64,000 nt of DNA, from positions 2,109 to 66,108 of the forward strand of contig DATICB010000020.1 of the NCBI GenBank assembly GCA_035457005.1. Reading direction: 5' to 3'. A program made the position numbers and the translations under genes. The notes below the pieces were generated by a model. The model was not told where the DNA came from, did no database searches, and saw nothing but the letters and a program-made list of their open reading frames with translations. This document shows, in pieces, positions 49,706 to 58,870 of the stretch. The stretch's first letter is position 1, and every line of letters starts with the position of its first letter. This DNA comes from Patescibacteria group bacterium. Lineage in GTDB: Bacteria > Patescibacteriota > Microgenomatia > Levybacterales > UBA12049.

Positions 49706-50268
49706 AACAAATCTCAAATCTCAAATCACAAAACCCAAATCATAAATCCAAAATCATCAATCAAAGTGGATTTACGCTCATTGAAATGCTCGCGGTTATC
49801 ATTATCTTTATTGTTGTTGGAACAATTGCTGTCAGTATTCTTGTTACGTCATTTCGCACGTCTACCAAAACAGATGTCGTGACTGCGGTGCAAAATAATG
49901 GAAATTATGCATTGTCTCAAATGGCTAAAACAATACGCGATGCACGAGGACTCGTAACCCCTTTCCCCTGTTCTCCAACGGTTGTTGCAAATACCATTAG
50001 TATTACCACTCCTGACAATCAAGAAGTTACGTATGCATGTGGCAATTCGACAATTGCGTCAAATGGTGCAAGTTTGCTTGATACAACACAGGTTGCTGTG
50101 CAGGCATGTTCGTTTACCTGTAGTCAGGATAGTAAATCGGATTTGCCAGTTATTCTTATTGCCTTTTCGCTCTTGCAAAAATCATCGAGCAGTTTTGCCG
50201 AACAAAAGGCATCACAAAGCGCGGTATTCTTCCAAACCTCCATTGGTATTCGAAATATTAATAGATAA
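49702..50268 (+). CDS. Minor pilin (PilW/GspJ-like)
   Basis: GFTLIEML, N..YALSQM...IRDA. Confidence 0.85.
   Translation: MKQISNLKSQNPNHKSKIINQSGFTLIEMLAVIIIFIVVGTIAVSILVTSFRTSTKTDVVTAVQNNGNYALSQMAKTIRDARGLVTPFPCSPTVVANTISITTPDNQEVTYACGNSTIASNGASLLDTTQVAVQACSFTCSQDSKSDLPVILIAFSLLQKSSSSFAEQKASQSAVFFQTSIGIRNINR
49709..49764 (+). repeat. Degenerate heptamer tandem repeat (AAATCnn x8) in a prepilin leader
   Basis: AAATCTC AAATCTC AAATCAC AAAACCC AAATCAT AAATCCA AAATCAT CAATCAA. Confidence 0.8.
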
Positions 50269-50271
50269 CGA

Positions 50272-50300
50272 TTGACACCTGCGTATGCTCCTTATATGCT
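50272..50300 (+). promoter_or_regulatory. Internal promoter TTGACA-17-TATGCT
   Basis: ATG 50307 lies 6 nt downstream. Confidence 0.75.
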
Positions 50301-50306
50301 AGATAT

Positions 50307-51188
50307 ATGCGTACCAATTTCTCTGGGAAATTTTCCGTTGGTCAGTCAGGACAAGCGCTTCTTATTGTTGTGTTGGTCATGGTGATTGCGCTCACCGTTG
50401 GTCTCTCTCTTGCATCAAGAAGTATTACCACGCTTCGTAATTCCACTGATGAGGCAGCGTCTCAAGCGGCATTTTCTGCTGCAGAAGCAGGTGTTGAGCA
50501 AGCAGTAAAATTAGGAGATGTCAGCGGTGCATCGATTTTATCTGGTGTCTCATTGCATGATAAGAATAATTCGCAAATTAGTAGTGTTGATATCTCGCTT
50601 ATCGATGGAAGCCAATTTCTTTTGAATAATGGCAATCCAATTTTCCAGGACGATGGTACCGATATTTGGCTTTCTTCGCATACCGATGACCCCTCGCAAC
50701 TTTTCCAAACAGCATGGAATGGGACATTATTTGTTCATTGGGGAACAAATACCGATACATGTGCAGATCCTGCAATGGAAATTCTGGTTATTTCAGGGAC
50801 TCGGGTAAGTCCAACACTCGCACGATATACGTTTGATTCATGTGCAACAAGGCGAAGTGTGAATTCTTTTTGTGCTATTGCTGCAGGAGGCGCGTGTCCA
50901 AGTTCTGCAGCCGGAGGTTTTGTCGTTAATGGTATTAATGGCAGTCAAACATTTAATTACCGAGTACAACTCCCTATTACTAATGGACTTCTTGCACGGG
51001 TTGTTCCTTTATATAAAGCTGGAAGCATTGGTATTAAAGGCGCAGGACTTCCAATACAAGGAAAAATTATTACCTCTACCGGAACAGCTGGTGTTACCAA
51101 CTCGCAAACAGTAAGAAAAGTAAGTTTTTTCCAAGGGTATGACAGTGTTCCGTCAGAATTTTTCTATTCTCTTTTTCAACCAAAATGA
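50307..51188 (+). CDS. PilX-like minor pilin
   Basis: GQALLIVVL without Glu5; AFSAAEAGVE. Confidence 0.85.
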   Translation: MRTNFSGKFSVGQSGQALLIVVLVMVIALTVGLSLASRSITTLRNSTDEAASQAAFSAAEAGVEQAVKLGDVSGASILSGVSLHDKNNSQISSVDISLIDGSQFLLNNGNPIFQDDGTDIWLSSHTDDPSQLFQTAWNGTLFVHWGTNTDTCADPAMEILVISGTRVSPTLARYTFDSCATRRSVNSFCAIAAGGACPSSAAGGFVVNGINGSQTFNYRVQLPITNGLLARVVPLYKAGSIGIKGAGLPIQGKIITSTGTAGVTNSQTVRKVSFFQGYDSVPSEFFYSLFQPK

Positions 51189-52213
51189 CAAAACAAAAAG
51201 CATTCGGACTAGACATAGGAACACATAGTATAAAAGCTGTCTGGCTTGCAAAAGACCAACGTGGATTTTTTCTCCAATCTGCTCTCACTATGCCCGCTCC
51301 TCAGCGGGGTATGTTGTCTGAATCCCCTCTTGATCAGGAAGAAATGGCAAGAGCAATCAGGACTCTTCTCGATGAAGCAAAAATTTCGACAAAATATGTC
51401 AATGTCGCCTTACCTGAAAACCAAGTGTATACAAAAGTCATCGAAATCCCGACGCTCTCTGATAAAGAATTGGCTTCGGCAATTTACTGGGAGGCCGAGC
51501 AATACATTCCTGTCCCCCTGACGACCATAACGCTTGATTATAAAGTTATTTCTCGTCCACAAACAAAAGCAGCAGGAAACACTATGCGTGTGTTATTGGT
51601 TGGTGCACCAACGGTACTGATTGAAAAATATGAAAAAGTTTTGGGAACAGCAGGACTCATGCTTAATGCAGTGGAGACAGAAATCATTTCTCTCACTCGT
51701 GCGGCAGTTACTGACAATCAGTTTCCAGCAACGCTTATTGTGAATATTGGCGCCATGAGTACGTCTTTGGCAATTATCAAGAATGGTGAACTTGTCTTTA
51801 CCTATTCCCTTGCAACAGGAGGCGTAGCAATTTCCCGGGCAATCGCTGCGGATTTGGGGTTTGCCCTGGCACAAGCTGAGGAATACAAAAAAACGTATGG
51901 GTTAGCAGATAGCGCGTTGGGTGGAAAGTTGGGTAAAGTAACTGAGCCGATTCTCTCTAGTATTCTTACAGAAGTAAGAAAGTCGCTATCTTTCTACAGC
52001 ACAAAATACACCAATGATCCAATAAAACAAATTATTTTGTCTGGTGGATCGGCCAAACTTCCTGGTTTGGCAACCTACTTTACATCCAATACTGGTGTTG
52101 AAACAGCAATTATTAATCCTTGGAAATTACTTATTCCCCAAGAAGTACCAAAAGATATTATTGATAATGCACCAGAGTATGCAATTGCTGCAGGTCTTGC
52201 AATGAGAGACTAG
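51185..52213 (+). CDS. pilM: Type IV pilus assembly protein PilM
   Basis: GLDIGTHSIK, EAEQYIP, LSGGSAKLPG, A.GLA. Confidence 0.95.
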   Translation: MTKQKAFGLDIGTHSIKAVWLAKDQRGFFLQSALTMPAPQRGMLSESPLDQEEMARAIRTLLDEAKISTKYVNVALPENQVYTKVIEIPTLSDKELASAIYWEAEQYIPVPLTTITLDYKVISRPQTKAAGNTMRVLLVGAPTVLIEKYEKVLGTAGLMLNAVETEIISLTRAAVTDNQFPATLIVNIGAMSTSLAIIKNGELVFTYSLATGGVAISRAIAADLGFALAQAEEYKKTYGLADSALGGKLGKVTEPILSSILTEVRKSLSFYSTKYTNDPIKQIILSGGSAKLPGLATYFTSNTGVETAIINPWKLLIPQEVPKDIIDNAPEYAIAAGLAMRD

Positions 52214-52214
52214 T

Positions 52215-52748
52215 ATGGCTGATATTAATCTACTTATCCAAAAACATCAGGGATTTTTCTCTGAAGACAGACTTTTGCTTTTTTCAAAAGTAGGAGCAAT
52301 AAGTGGCGTCGTGCTTGTTTTGTCTCTTTCAATTCTTTTTTTTCTTTTAAGTCGTGATCCCTCTATTGCACAGGTAAAAGCAGATGAAACAAGAACAATT
52401 GCGCAGTTGACGCTTTTGCAAAGTAAGACAGCAAAATATCTTATTGTGGTAGACAGAATTCAAAAAATTAAAGCAATTGAAAAAAACAAGACAACTTTTG
52501 CTGACACTATTTCTTCATTTGTTGGTCTTATCCCTGGTGGCGCAACAATTACCAACTTTACTTTGGATAAGCACACACTTTCTCTCGCCGTGTCTGCGTC
52601 TGACTTATCGCTTTTGGGAAAAGCAGTCGATAACTTTACATCGCTTGTTTTGCAGAAAAAAATCCTTAAAAATCTGAGCATTCAGGGACTTGTTTCAGAT
52701 GAAAAAGGTGGCAAATATGTCTTAACGCTCTCAGGAGATTTACTATGA
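52215..52748 (+). CDS. pilN: PilN-like protein
   Basis: DINLL motif, one TM, position after pilM. Confidence 0.75.
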   Translation: MADINLLIQKHQGFFSEDRLLLFSKVGAISGVVLVLSLSILFFLLSRDPSIAQVKADETRTIAQLTLLQSKTAKYLIVVDRIQKIKAIEKNKTTFADTISSFVGLIPGGATITNFTLDKHTLSLAVSASDLSLLGKAVDNFTSLVLQKKILKNLSIQGLVSDEKGGKYVLTLSGDLL

Positions 52749-53536
52749 ATACAAATAGCAAAGTGACCATGAACCAACTGGTTTTTCGAAATCTCTATTT
52801 CAGGTATCGAGATTTTATTACACCAGTAAGCACGATATGTGTTTGCATACTGTTGTTTTGGTTTGTGGTAATTCCACAAATGCAGAGCTGGTTTGCGCTT
52901 CGTAACGACCTAACGGTCAACATTCAAGACGTGGGAATTATGCATCAAAACTTGTCATTTCTCACCAAGCTCGACGATGCAGCGCTGTCTACCATGTTGA
53001 CAACAGCAACAAGCGCGTTGCCTGCAGATAAAGATTTTGCTGGTATTGTTGCATCTATTCAAAATGCCGCAGCTGTTTCTGGTGCAACATTGGGTGATTA
53101 CTCTTTTCAATTGGGAGATTTGGCGGGACTGGATCAGAATGGCAAACCATCACAGTTGCCAGTGCAGTTAAATATTGTTTTAAAAGGAGATATTACGGAT
53201 GCACAGCGTTTTGCAGCACAGCTAAAAAAACAATTACCCTTATCAGATGCCATTGCTATCTCGGTGAGTGCAAATCAGTCAATTACAGTAACAGTTGTTT
53301 TTTATTATGCGCAGATTCCTAAAATTGTTTTTCAGGACACAAGACCACTGCCTCTTTTAAGTAAAACCGACCAACAGCTACTTAATAGTCTTGCCAGTGG
53401 TAATAATCTGCAAAATGCAGAGCTTTCTACGCCAGGAGCAAGTGTTTCTGCAACACCAACGCCTGCAGTTAGTCTCGCACCAACACCAACAATTGTGATT
53501 TCCCCTTCGCCAACAGGAACAGCAAGTGCGCAGTAA
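52745..53536 (+). CDS. pilO: PilO-like protein with Pro/Thr tail
   Basis: TM, coiled coil, ALP motif, position after pilN. Confidence 0.7.
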   Translation: MNTNSKVTMNQLVFRNLYFRYRDFITPVSTICVCILLFWFVVIPQMQSWFALRNDLTVNIQDVGIMHQNLSFLTKLDDAALSTMLTTATSALPADKDFAGIVASIQNAAAVSGATLGDYSFQLGDLAGLDQNGKPSQLPVQLNIVLKGDITDAQRFAAQLKKQLPLSDAIAISVSANQSITVTVVFYYAQIPKIVFQDTRPLPLLSKTDQQLLNSLASGNNLQNAELSTPGASVSATPTPAVSLAPTPTIVISPSPTGTASAQ

Positions 53537-53538
53537 TA

Positions 53539-54219
53539 TTACTTCTTCAGAAGATCTGGACGGTGTTTTTGGGTAATTTCTTTAGCTTTTGTTTGTCGCC
53601 ATGCGGCAATCTCTTTATGATTTCCCGATAAAAGTGTCTTCGGAACAAATACACCGTTATATTCTCGCGGCGTTGTGTATTGGGGAAATTCAAGAAGATT
53701 TTCGCTAAACGATTCAATGCTAGTTGCATCTTCTTTTAAAACACCACTAACGAGTCTTGCAACACTATCGGTAATAAGCATTGCAGGAATTTCCCCACCG
53801 GTAAGAATAAAATCACCAATAGAAATCGTGGCATCAACAAGAGATCTTATTCGCTCGTCAACACCTTCGTAATGTCCACAAATAAGAATAAGGTGTTGCA
53901 GCTGTGAAAATTCCTTAGCTGTTTGCTGTTGAAACGTCTGCCCTCGTGCATCCAAAAGTACTACTTTTTGTTGTGTTTCTGTAAGATTTGTATCTTTGAC
54001 GGACTGAATTGCTTTATCTAGTACGTCAACTTTCATAACCATTCCGACTCCCCCACCGTACGGTCTGTCATCAACAACTTTATGTTTGCCTTCTCCAAAA
54101 TCACGGATATTTACCAATTTAATTTCCAAAAGATTTTTTTCTTGTGCATGTTTAAGAATGGATTCACGGAATGGACCAGTAAACATTTCTGGAAAAAGAG
54201 TGAGAATAGTTATCTTCAT
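53539..54219 (-). CDS. trmD: tRNA (guanine-N1)-methyltransferase
   Basis: DDRPYGGG.GM, CGHYEGVDER, SIGDFILTGGE. Confidence 0.99.
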   Translation of the reverse strand: MKITILTLFPEMFTGPFRESILKHAQEKNLLEIKLVNIRDFGEGKHKVVDDRPYGGGVGMVMKVDVLDKAIQSVKDTNLTETQQKVVLLDARGQTFQQQTAKEFSQLQHLILICGHYEGVDERIRSLVDATISIGDFILTGGEIPAMLITDSVARLVSGVLKEDATSIESFSENLLEFPQYTTPREYNGVFVPKTLLSGNHKEIAAWRQTKAKEITQKHRPDLLKK

Positions 54220-54257
54220 GTGCTTATTATACTAAATTTGCCTGCACCAAACAATGA

Positions 54258-54776
54258 CTATAGGTTTTGAATAATCTGTTCTATTGTTTGTTCGTTTGAA
54301 TCTTGATTTGGAACAACTATGGTATGTTCGTCTTCTGTCGGAACCTTAAAATGGTGAATAACCTCATCAAAATCTTCCTCACGGATATCCTGGCGCTTTC
54401 CTGTCTTTTTATTTTCCTGCCACCTCTCTTTTGCAATGTGCTCACTTGTTGGCACATAAACAACATACGCCTTCGCATTACAGGAAGCAGCAATTTCCCT
54501 CAGCTCATCCCGCTCTTTTCGCATATAGGCAACACCATCTGCAATGACGGATTCCCCTTTTGTTAGTGCGTTACGAATGCTTTTATAGTAGTGGGCATAT
54601 GCCTTAACCCAATCATCATAGTCAATTTGTTTTTCCAGGCTAAATTCAATTCCTAACTCAATATTAATGTCATCGACAGTAATTCGCTTAAATCCTTTCT
54701 GTTCAAACAACTTTGCTAAAGTTGTTTTACCAGCAAAAGGAAGACCGCATAAAATCAGAAGAACGGGTTGAGCCAT
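54258..54776 (-). CDS. P-loop kinase (AAA_33-like)
   Basis: CGLPFAGKTT, VIAD, R..R. Confidence 0.85.
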   Translation of the reverse strand: MAQPVLLILCGLPFAGKTTLAKLFEQKGFKRITVDDINIELGIEFSLEKQIDYDDWVKAYAHYYKSIRNALTKGESVIADGVAYMRKERDELREIAASCNAKAYVVYVPTSEHIAKERWQENKKTGKRQDIREEDFDEVIHHFKVPTEDEHTIVVPNQDSNEQTIEQIIQNL

Positions 54777-54799
54777 GATATCTATTGTAGACGGAGATT

Positions 54800-55033
54800 C
54801 TATACTTCAGCAAGTTGGACTTGGACTTTTTTGTTCTGCTTCATTGCGGGGATTTTCATAAGATTTCGGATTGCGCGAATTACTCTGCCACCTTTACCAA
54901 TAAGTTTTCCCATGTCTTCTTTGCTTGGTGTAATGGTAAGTGTAACAACGCCGTCAATTTCCTCTTCGGTAACACTAATAGTTGCGGGGTCTTCAACAAG
55001 ATTTTTAACGATGTATTCTAAGATGTCTTTCAT
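54800..55033 (-). CDS. khpA: KH-domain RNA-binding protein
   Basis: DMGKLIGKGGRVIRAIR; follows rpsP. Confidence 0.92.
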   Translation of the reverse strand: MKDILEYIVKNLVEDPATISVTEEEIDGVVTLTITPSKEDMGKLIGKGGRVIRAIRNLMKIPAMKQNKKVQVQLAEV

Positions 55034-55043
55034 ATAAGAGTCT

Positions 55044-55268
55044 TTATGCAATCAGTTTTTTCACTGTTGCAGATGGTCGTGCACCTTGGGAAATCCAATA
55101 CTGAACTCTATCCATTTTAAGATCTTTGGTAACGCCTTTTGCTGTTTTAACAACCCAACCTAAATACTCAGCTGGTCTGCCGTCTCGTCGGTATCGTCGT
55201 TCGGTAACAACAAGACGATATTTTGCTTCGCCTTTGTGTCCTGTTTTGGTAAGTCGAATTACTAACAT
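55044..55268 (-). CDS. rpsP: 30S ribosomal protein S16
   Basis: MLVIRL, YRLVV, RDGR, W...GARPS.TV. Confidence 0.95.
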   Translation of the reverse strand: MLVIRLTKTGHKGEAKYRLVVTERRYRRDGRPAEYLGWVVKTAKGVTKDLKMDRVQYWISQGARPSATVKKLIA

Positions 55269-55281
55269 AGATGTAATTATA

Positions 55282-55944
55282 CTATTTTTGGCTGCTCTTC
55301 TCAAGAGCCTGCTTTGCGGCCATTTCTTCTGCAGCTTGCTTTGATTTACCCTGTCCTTTGCCTTGTAGCTCGTCTTTTACATAGACACCAACGGTAAAGA
55401 TTTTTGCATGTGAAGGCCCTGCCTCTTCCAAGACTTTGTACACTGGTGAGCTATGGTGACGAGACTGGGTTTGTTCTTGAAAAAGGCTTTTTGGGTCTTT
55501 AAATTGATTACTTTTCACTATCTCATCCATTTTTGGGAAAAGATTGGTGGCAATAAATGCAGAAGTAGCAGCAATCCCCTGATCCAGGAAAAGTGCGCCA
55601 ATAAAGCTTTCAAAACTATCTGCCAAAAGACTCTGGTTTTCCCTGCCCTTTGCTTCTTCCTCGCCTTTGGAAAGTCGCAAATAGTCGCCAAATCCTAAAT
55701 CCTTGGCTGTTTGGGCAAGAATTTTGGTATTTACTAAAAGTGAGCGAATATTGGTAAGAATGCCTTCGTTAAATTGTGGATATTTTTTGAATAATTCCTG
55801 TGAAACAACAAAAGAAAGAATACTATCACCCAAAAATTCGAGTCGTTCGTTGGACTCAATTTTATCTTTTGCTTCATTCAAAAAAGATCTGTGAGTAAAG
55901 GCCTGTTCAAAAAGTTCTTTATTGGTAAATACTGGCAATGTCAT
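55282..55944 (-). CDS. rnc: Ribonuclease III
   Basis: NERLEFLGDS, dsRBD DPKS..QE, GKSKQ.AE. Confidence 0.98.
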   Translation of the reverse strand: MTLPVFTNKELFEQAFTHRSFLNEAKDKIESNERLEFLGDSILSFVVSQELFKKYPQFNEGILTNIRSLLVNTKILAQTAKDLGFGDYLRLSKGEEEAKGRENQSLLADSFESFIGALFLDQGIAATSAFIATNLFPKMDEIVKSNQFKDPKSLFQEQTQSRHHSSPVYKVLEEAGPSHAKIFTVGVYVKDELQGKGQGKSKQAAEEMAAKQALEKSSQK

Positions 55945-55952
55945 AGTTGTGT

Positions 55953-56312
55953 TTACTTACTAACGGGTTTTTCAATCAGTTTGCCTAAAGCGCCATTAAC
56001 AAAACTGGCACTGTGCTCTCCTCCATATTCTTTTGCCAGCTCTATTGCCTCGTCAACAACGACTTTTGGTGGTGCACTTTTCTCGATTTCCAGCTCATAC
56101 ACTGCAAGTCGAAGAATAGCCAAGTCTACTTTGTTAATTTTTTCAATTGGAAATTCCGGCGCAGCCTTTCTAATACGCTCATCCAGCGTCTCTATTTTGG
56201 AAAAAATCTCTTTTGCCTTTACAGATACTGGCTGTTTGTGGAAATCCTCCTTAAAAAGCTCCTCAACTAATTTTTGTCTTTTTTTGTGTCTGGGGTCAAG
56301 GGGGTTTTTCAT
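55953..56312 (-). CDS. nusB: Transcription antitermination factor NusB, short form
   Basis: VDLAILRLAVYEL, DEAIELAKEYG, FVNGALG. Confidence 0.95.
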   Translation of the reverse strand: MKNPLDPRHKKRQKLVEELFKEDFHKQPVSVKAKEIFSKIETLDERIRKAAPEFPIEKINKVDLAILRLAVYELEIEKSAPPKVVVDEAIELAKEYGGEHSASFVNGALGKLIEKPVSK

Positions 56313-56323
56313 GAGCTACTGTT

Positions 56324-56527
56324 TTAGCCTCGTGTTATTTTTGCTTTTTGCTCTTTCTTCACAACATTCGTACCTTTATAGAATCCGCAAAATTGGCAGA
56401 CTGTGTGGGGTTTGGTAAGTTGGCCACAATTTGGACATGCTGTTAAACTTGCTGCTGCAAGCTTGATTGATGCTCGCCTTTTGCCTTTTCGTCCTGTTGA
56501 ATGTCGTCGTTTTGGCTCGTGTGGCAT
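56324..56527 (-). CDS. rpmF: 50S ribosomal protein L32
   Basis: PKRRHS, CPNCG..PH.VC..CGFYKG. Confidence 0.96.
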   Translation of the reverse strand: MPHEPKRRHSTGRKGKRRASIKLAAASLTACPNCGQLTKPHTVCQFCGFYKGTNVVKKEQKAKITRG

Positions 56528-56569
56528 AGTAGATGTATTTTAGCGTATTTTGAGCTGACCTGCAAGGAT

Positions 56570-58654
56570 CTAGTCTGGGCTGACTTTTTTGGTGCTTATT
56601 TCCTCAACTTTTTGTGCCAGAAAAGGAAGCCTTCCTAGTTGTGGAAAAAGTATTGCTGCTTCCTGTTTGGCTAGTTCTAACAGTTTGGTATCACCAAACG
56701 AGGCTATTTTTAGCCATTTTCTGCCGTGTTGGGCTGTTCCGTATAATTCCCCTGCACCTCGCATTTTTAAATCCAATTCTGCCAACTCTGCGCCATTATG
56801 GATGTGTTCCATGCTTTTGAGTCGCTGTGTTGTTTGCGGATTGTTTGATTCTGTAAACAAAAGACAATAAGACTGCTTGTCTCCTCTGCCAACTCTACCC
56901 CTGAGTTGGTGTAGTTGAGAAAGTCCAAATCTGTCTGCTGCCTCGATAAGAATAATAGTTGCGTTGGGAATATCTATGCCAACCTCAACGACCGGTGTTG
57001 CGACAAGAATATCTATTTTCCCTGTTCGAAATTCTTCCAAAACCGCATCCTTTTCTTTTGCCCGCATTTTTCCGTGGAGCAGCCCTAGTTTTAATTTTGG
57101 AAAAACAGACCTCTGAAGCCGCTCAAATTCACTGGATGCTGCTTTTATTGTGGTTAGCGTTTCTGATTCTTCGATAAATGGGCAGACAATAAAAGCTTGA
57201 TCGCCTTTTGCGATTTGTTCAGCAATCCATTTATAGCCACTTTCCCTTTTCTGTTGTGGCACAAGCCATGTTTTAATTTCACGTCTTCCTTTCGGCATTT
57301 CATCAAGAATAGATAAATCCAAATCGCCGTATAGAGTGAGCGCAACGGTTCGAGGAATAGGCGTTGCCGTCATGGTAAGAACATGAGGATTATTGCCTTT
57401 CGAACGAATTATTGATCGTTGCTCGACACCAAAACGGTGTTGCTCGTCAATGACCACAAGTCCTAATTTTTCGTAATTTATGTTGTCAGACAGCACCGCA
57501 TGAGTACCAATAAGCATGTCAAAGGAATTGTCATTGTAAGGAGCTTGCGACGCGGCAATCTCATTTTTATTAGATTGCTTCGCTTTGCTCGCAATGACAC
57601 GTTCTGTTTTTCTTGAACCAGTTGCCAAATCAACCCGCACTCCCAGTGGCTCGAGTAATTTTTTAATTGTTTGGTAATGTTGATTGGCCAAGATTTCTGT
57701 TGGCGCCATAAGTACTGACTGAAATCCGTTTAATTTTGCTAAAAATAATGCTATTGCTGCAACCACTGTTTTGCCACTTCCCACGTCCCCTTCTAAGAGC
57801 CTATTCATTACGTGGACAGATGCCAGGTCGGTCATAATTTCATGAATTGCTTTTCTTTGGGCATTGGTTGGCTCAAAAGGCAAGCTTTCCCAAAATGTGT
57901 CTATTTCTTTTTGAAATTTTTCAATAGCAAATTGCTGTCCACGTGCTTTTTGCTGCCACTCAGATTTTCTTTTTTTATTGGCCAAATATAAAAGAAGTAA
58001 TTCATCAAATCCCAATCGTTCTTTCGCTTTTTCAGACAGTTCCAAACTTTCTGGAAAATGCACTTCTCGTATTGCTTTTTCAAATGGTTCAAGATGCAGT
58101 TTTTCCACTTCTTCAACTGGTAAAAACTCATTGAGTTCGTAACTTGTTGCAAGGATCTTATCTACTTGGCGCCTGAGCCATTTGGACGAAACGCCGGCTG
58201 TCTCGGGATACACAGGGACAAGTCTGCCGGTATGAATCGTATGGCCACTCGTTGGAATTACCTCAAAATCAGGAGCAGAAAGGCTGGGAATAAACCCGTC
58301 TGATTGCACTCTTCCAGACAAAGACACCACGTCGCCAAATTTGAGCGTTTTGGTAATGTATGGCTGATTAAACCAAATAACCTGCAATGTTCCGCTGTCA
58401 TCCGTTATCGCAGCTTTTTGGATTTGCTTTCGAGACCTTGTATAGGTGTTGGTAATTTCGGTAATTCTCCCTTGGACAGTGCACAGCTCTCCCGGAACAA
58501 TATCTTTTATTGCAACAATACGCGAGTAATCATCATAGCGACTTGGTAAGTGGTAAAGAAAGTCACCAAGCTTGGTTATGTCTAATTTTTCCAGACGCGA
58601 TGCGTAATTATTGTACAATTTGCCTGCATCCGTAAGAGGGGTCGCGAGTTTCAC
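56570..58654 (-). CDS. recG: ATP-dependent DNA helicase RecG
   Basis: GDVGSGKT, DEQHRFG, TATPIPRT, QLRGRVGRG; GTG start 6 nt after TATAAT. Confidence 0.98.
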   Translation of the reverse strand: MKLATPLTDAGKLYNNYASRLEKLDITKLGDFLYHLPSRYDDYSRIVAIKDIVPGELCTVQGRITEITNTYTRSRKQIQKAAITDDSGTLQVIWFNQPYITKTLKFGDVVSLSGRVQSDGFIPSLSAPDFEVIPTSGHTIHTGRLVPVYPETAGVSSKWLRRQVDKILATSYELNEFLPVEEVEKLHLEPFEKAIREVHFPESLELSEKAKERLGFDELLLLYLANKKRKSEWQQKARGQQFAIEKFQKEIDTFWESLPFEPTNAQRKAIHEIMTDLASVHVMNRLLEGDVGSGKTVVAAIALFLAKLNGFQSVLMAPTEILANQHYQTIKKLLEPLGVRVDLATGSRKTERVIASKAKQSNKNEIAASQAPYNDNSFDMLIGTHAVLSDNINYEKLGLVVIDEQHRFGVEQRSIIRSKGNNPHVLTMTATPIPRTVALTLYGDLDLSILDEMPKGRREIKTWLVPQQKRESGYKWIAEQIAKGDQAFIVCPFIEESETLTTIKAASSEFERLQRSVFPKLKLGLLHGKMRAKEKDAVLEEFRTGKIDILVATPVVEVGIDIPNATIILIEAADRFGLSQLHQLRGRVGRGDKQSYCLLFTESNNPQTTQRLKSMEHIHNGAELAELDLKMRGAGELYGTAQHGRKWLKIASFGDTKLLELAKQEAAILFPQLGRLPFLAQKVEEISTKKVSPD
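57529..57599. repeat. Palindromic element inserted within recG, reading frame kept
   Basis: TGTCATTGtaAG...GCGGCAATCT...AGATTGCTTCG...CTCGCAATGACA. Confidence 0.88.
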
Positions 58655-58675
58655 ATTGTGATTATACACCAGACA

Positions 58676-58789
58676 TTATTGACCAATTGCAGCTAGATAA
58701 AATGGAACAAATGTTGTTGCAATAAGTGCAAGACTCCCAACAATAATGAGAATTCGCAGTACCCACTGATGTTTTCTAAAAAATTCCAT
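58676..58789 (-). CDS. Small membrane protein, 37 aa (MEFFRKHQWVLRILIIVGSLALIATTFVPFYLAAIGQ)
   Basis: Manual translation; basic N-terminus plus one TM, fills the gap. Confidence 0.6.
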   Translation of the reverse strand: MEFFRKHQWVLRILIIVGSLALIATTFVPFYLAAIGQ

Positions 58790-58794
58790 AAATT

Positions 58795-58870
58795 TGTCAT
58801 TGCGAGCAAACAAGGTTTGCGCGGCAATCTTATATCAGATTGCTTCGTCATTGCATTCCTCGCAATGACA
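58795..58870. repeat. Intergenic copy of the same palindromic element
   Basis: TGTCATTGCGAG...GCGGCAATCT...AGATTGCTTCG...CTCGCAATGACA, 12-bp terminal inverted repeat. Confidence 0.9.
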
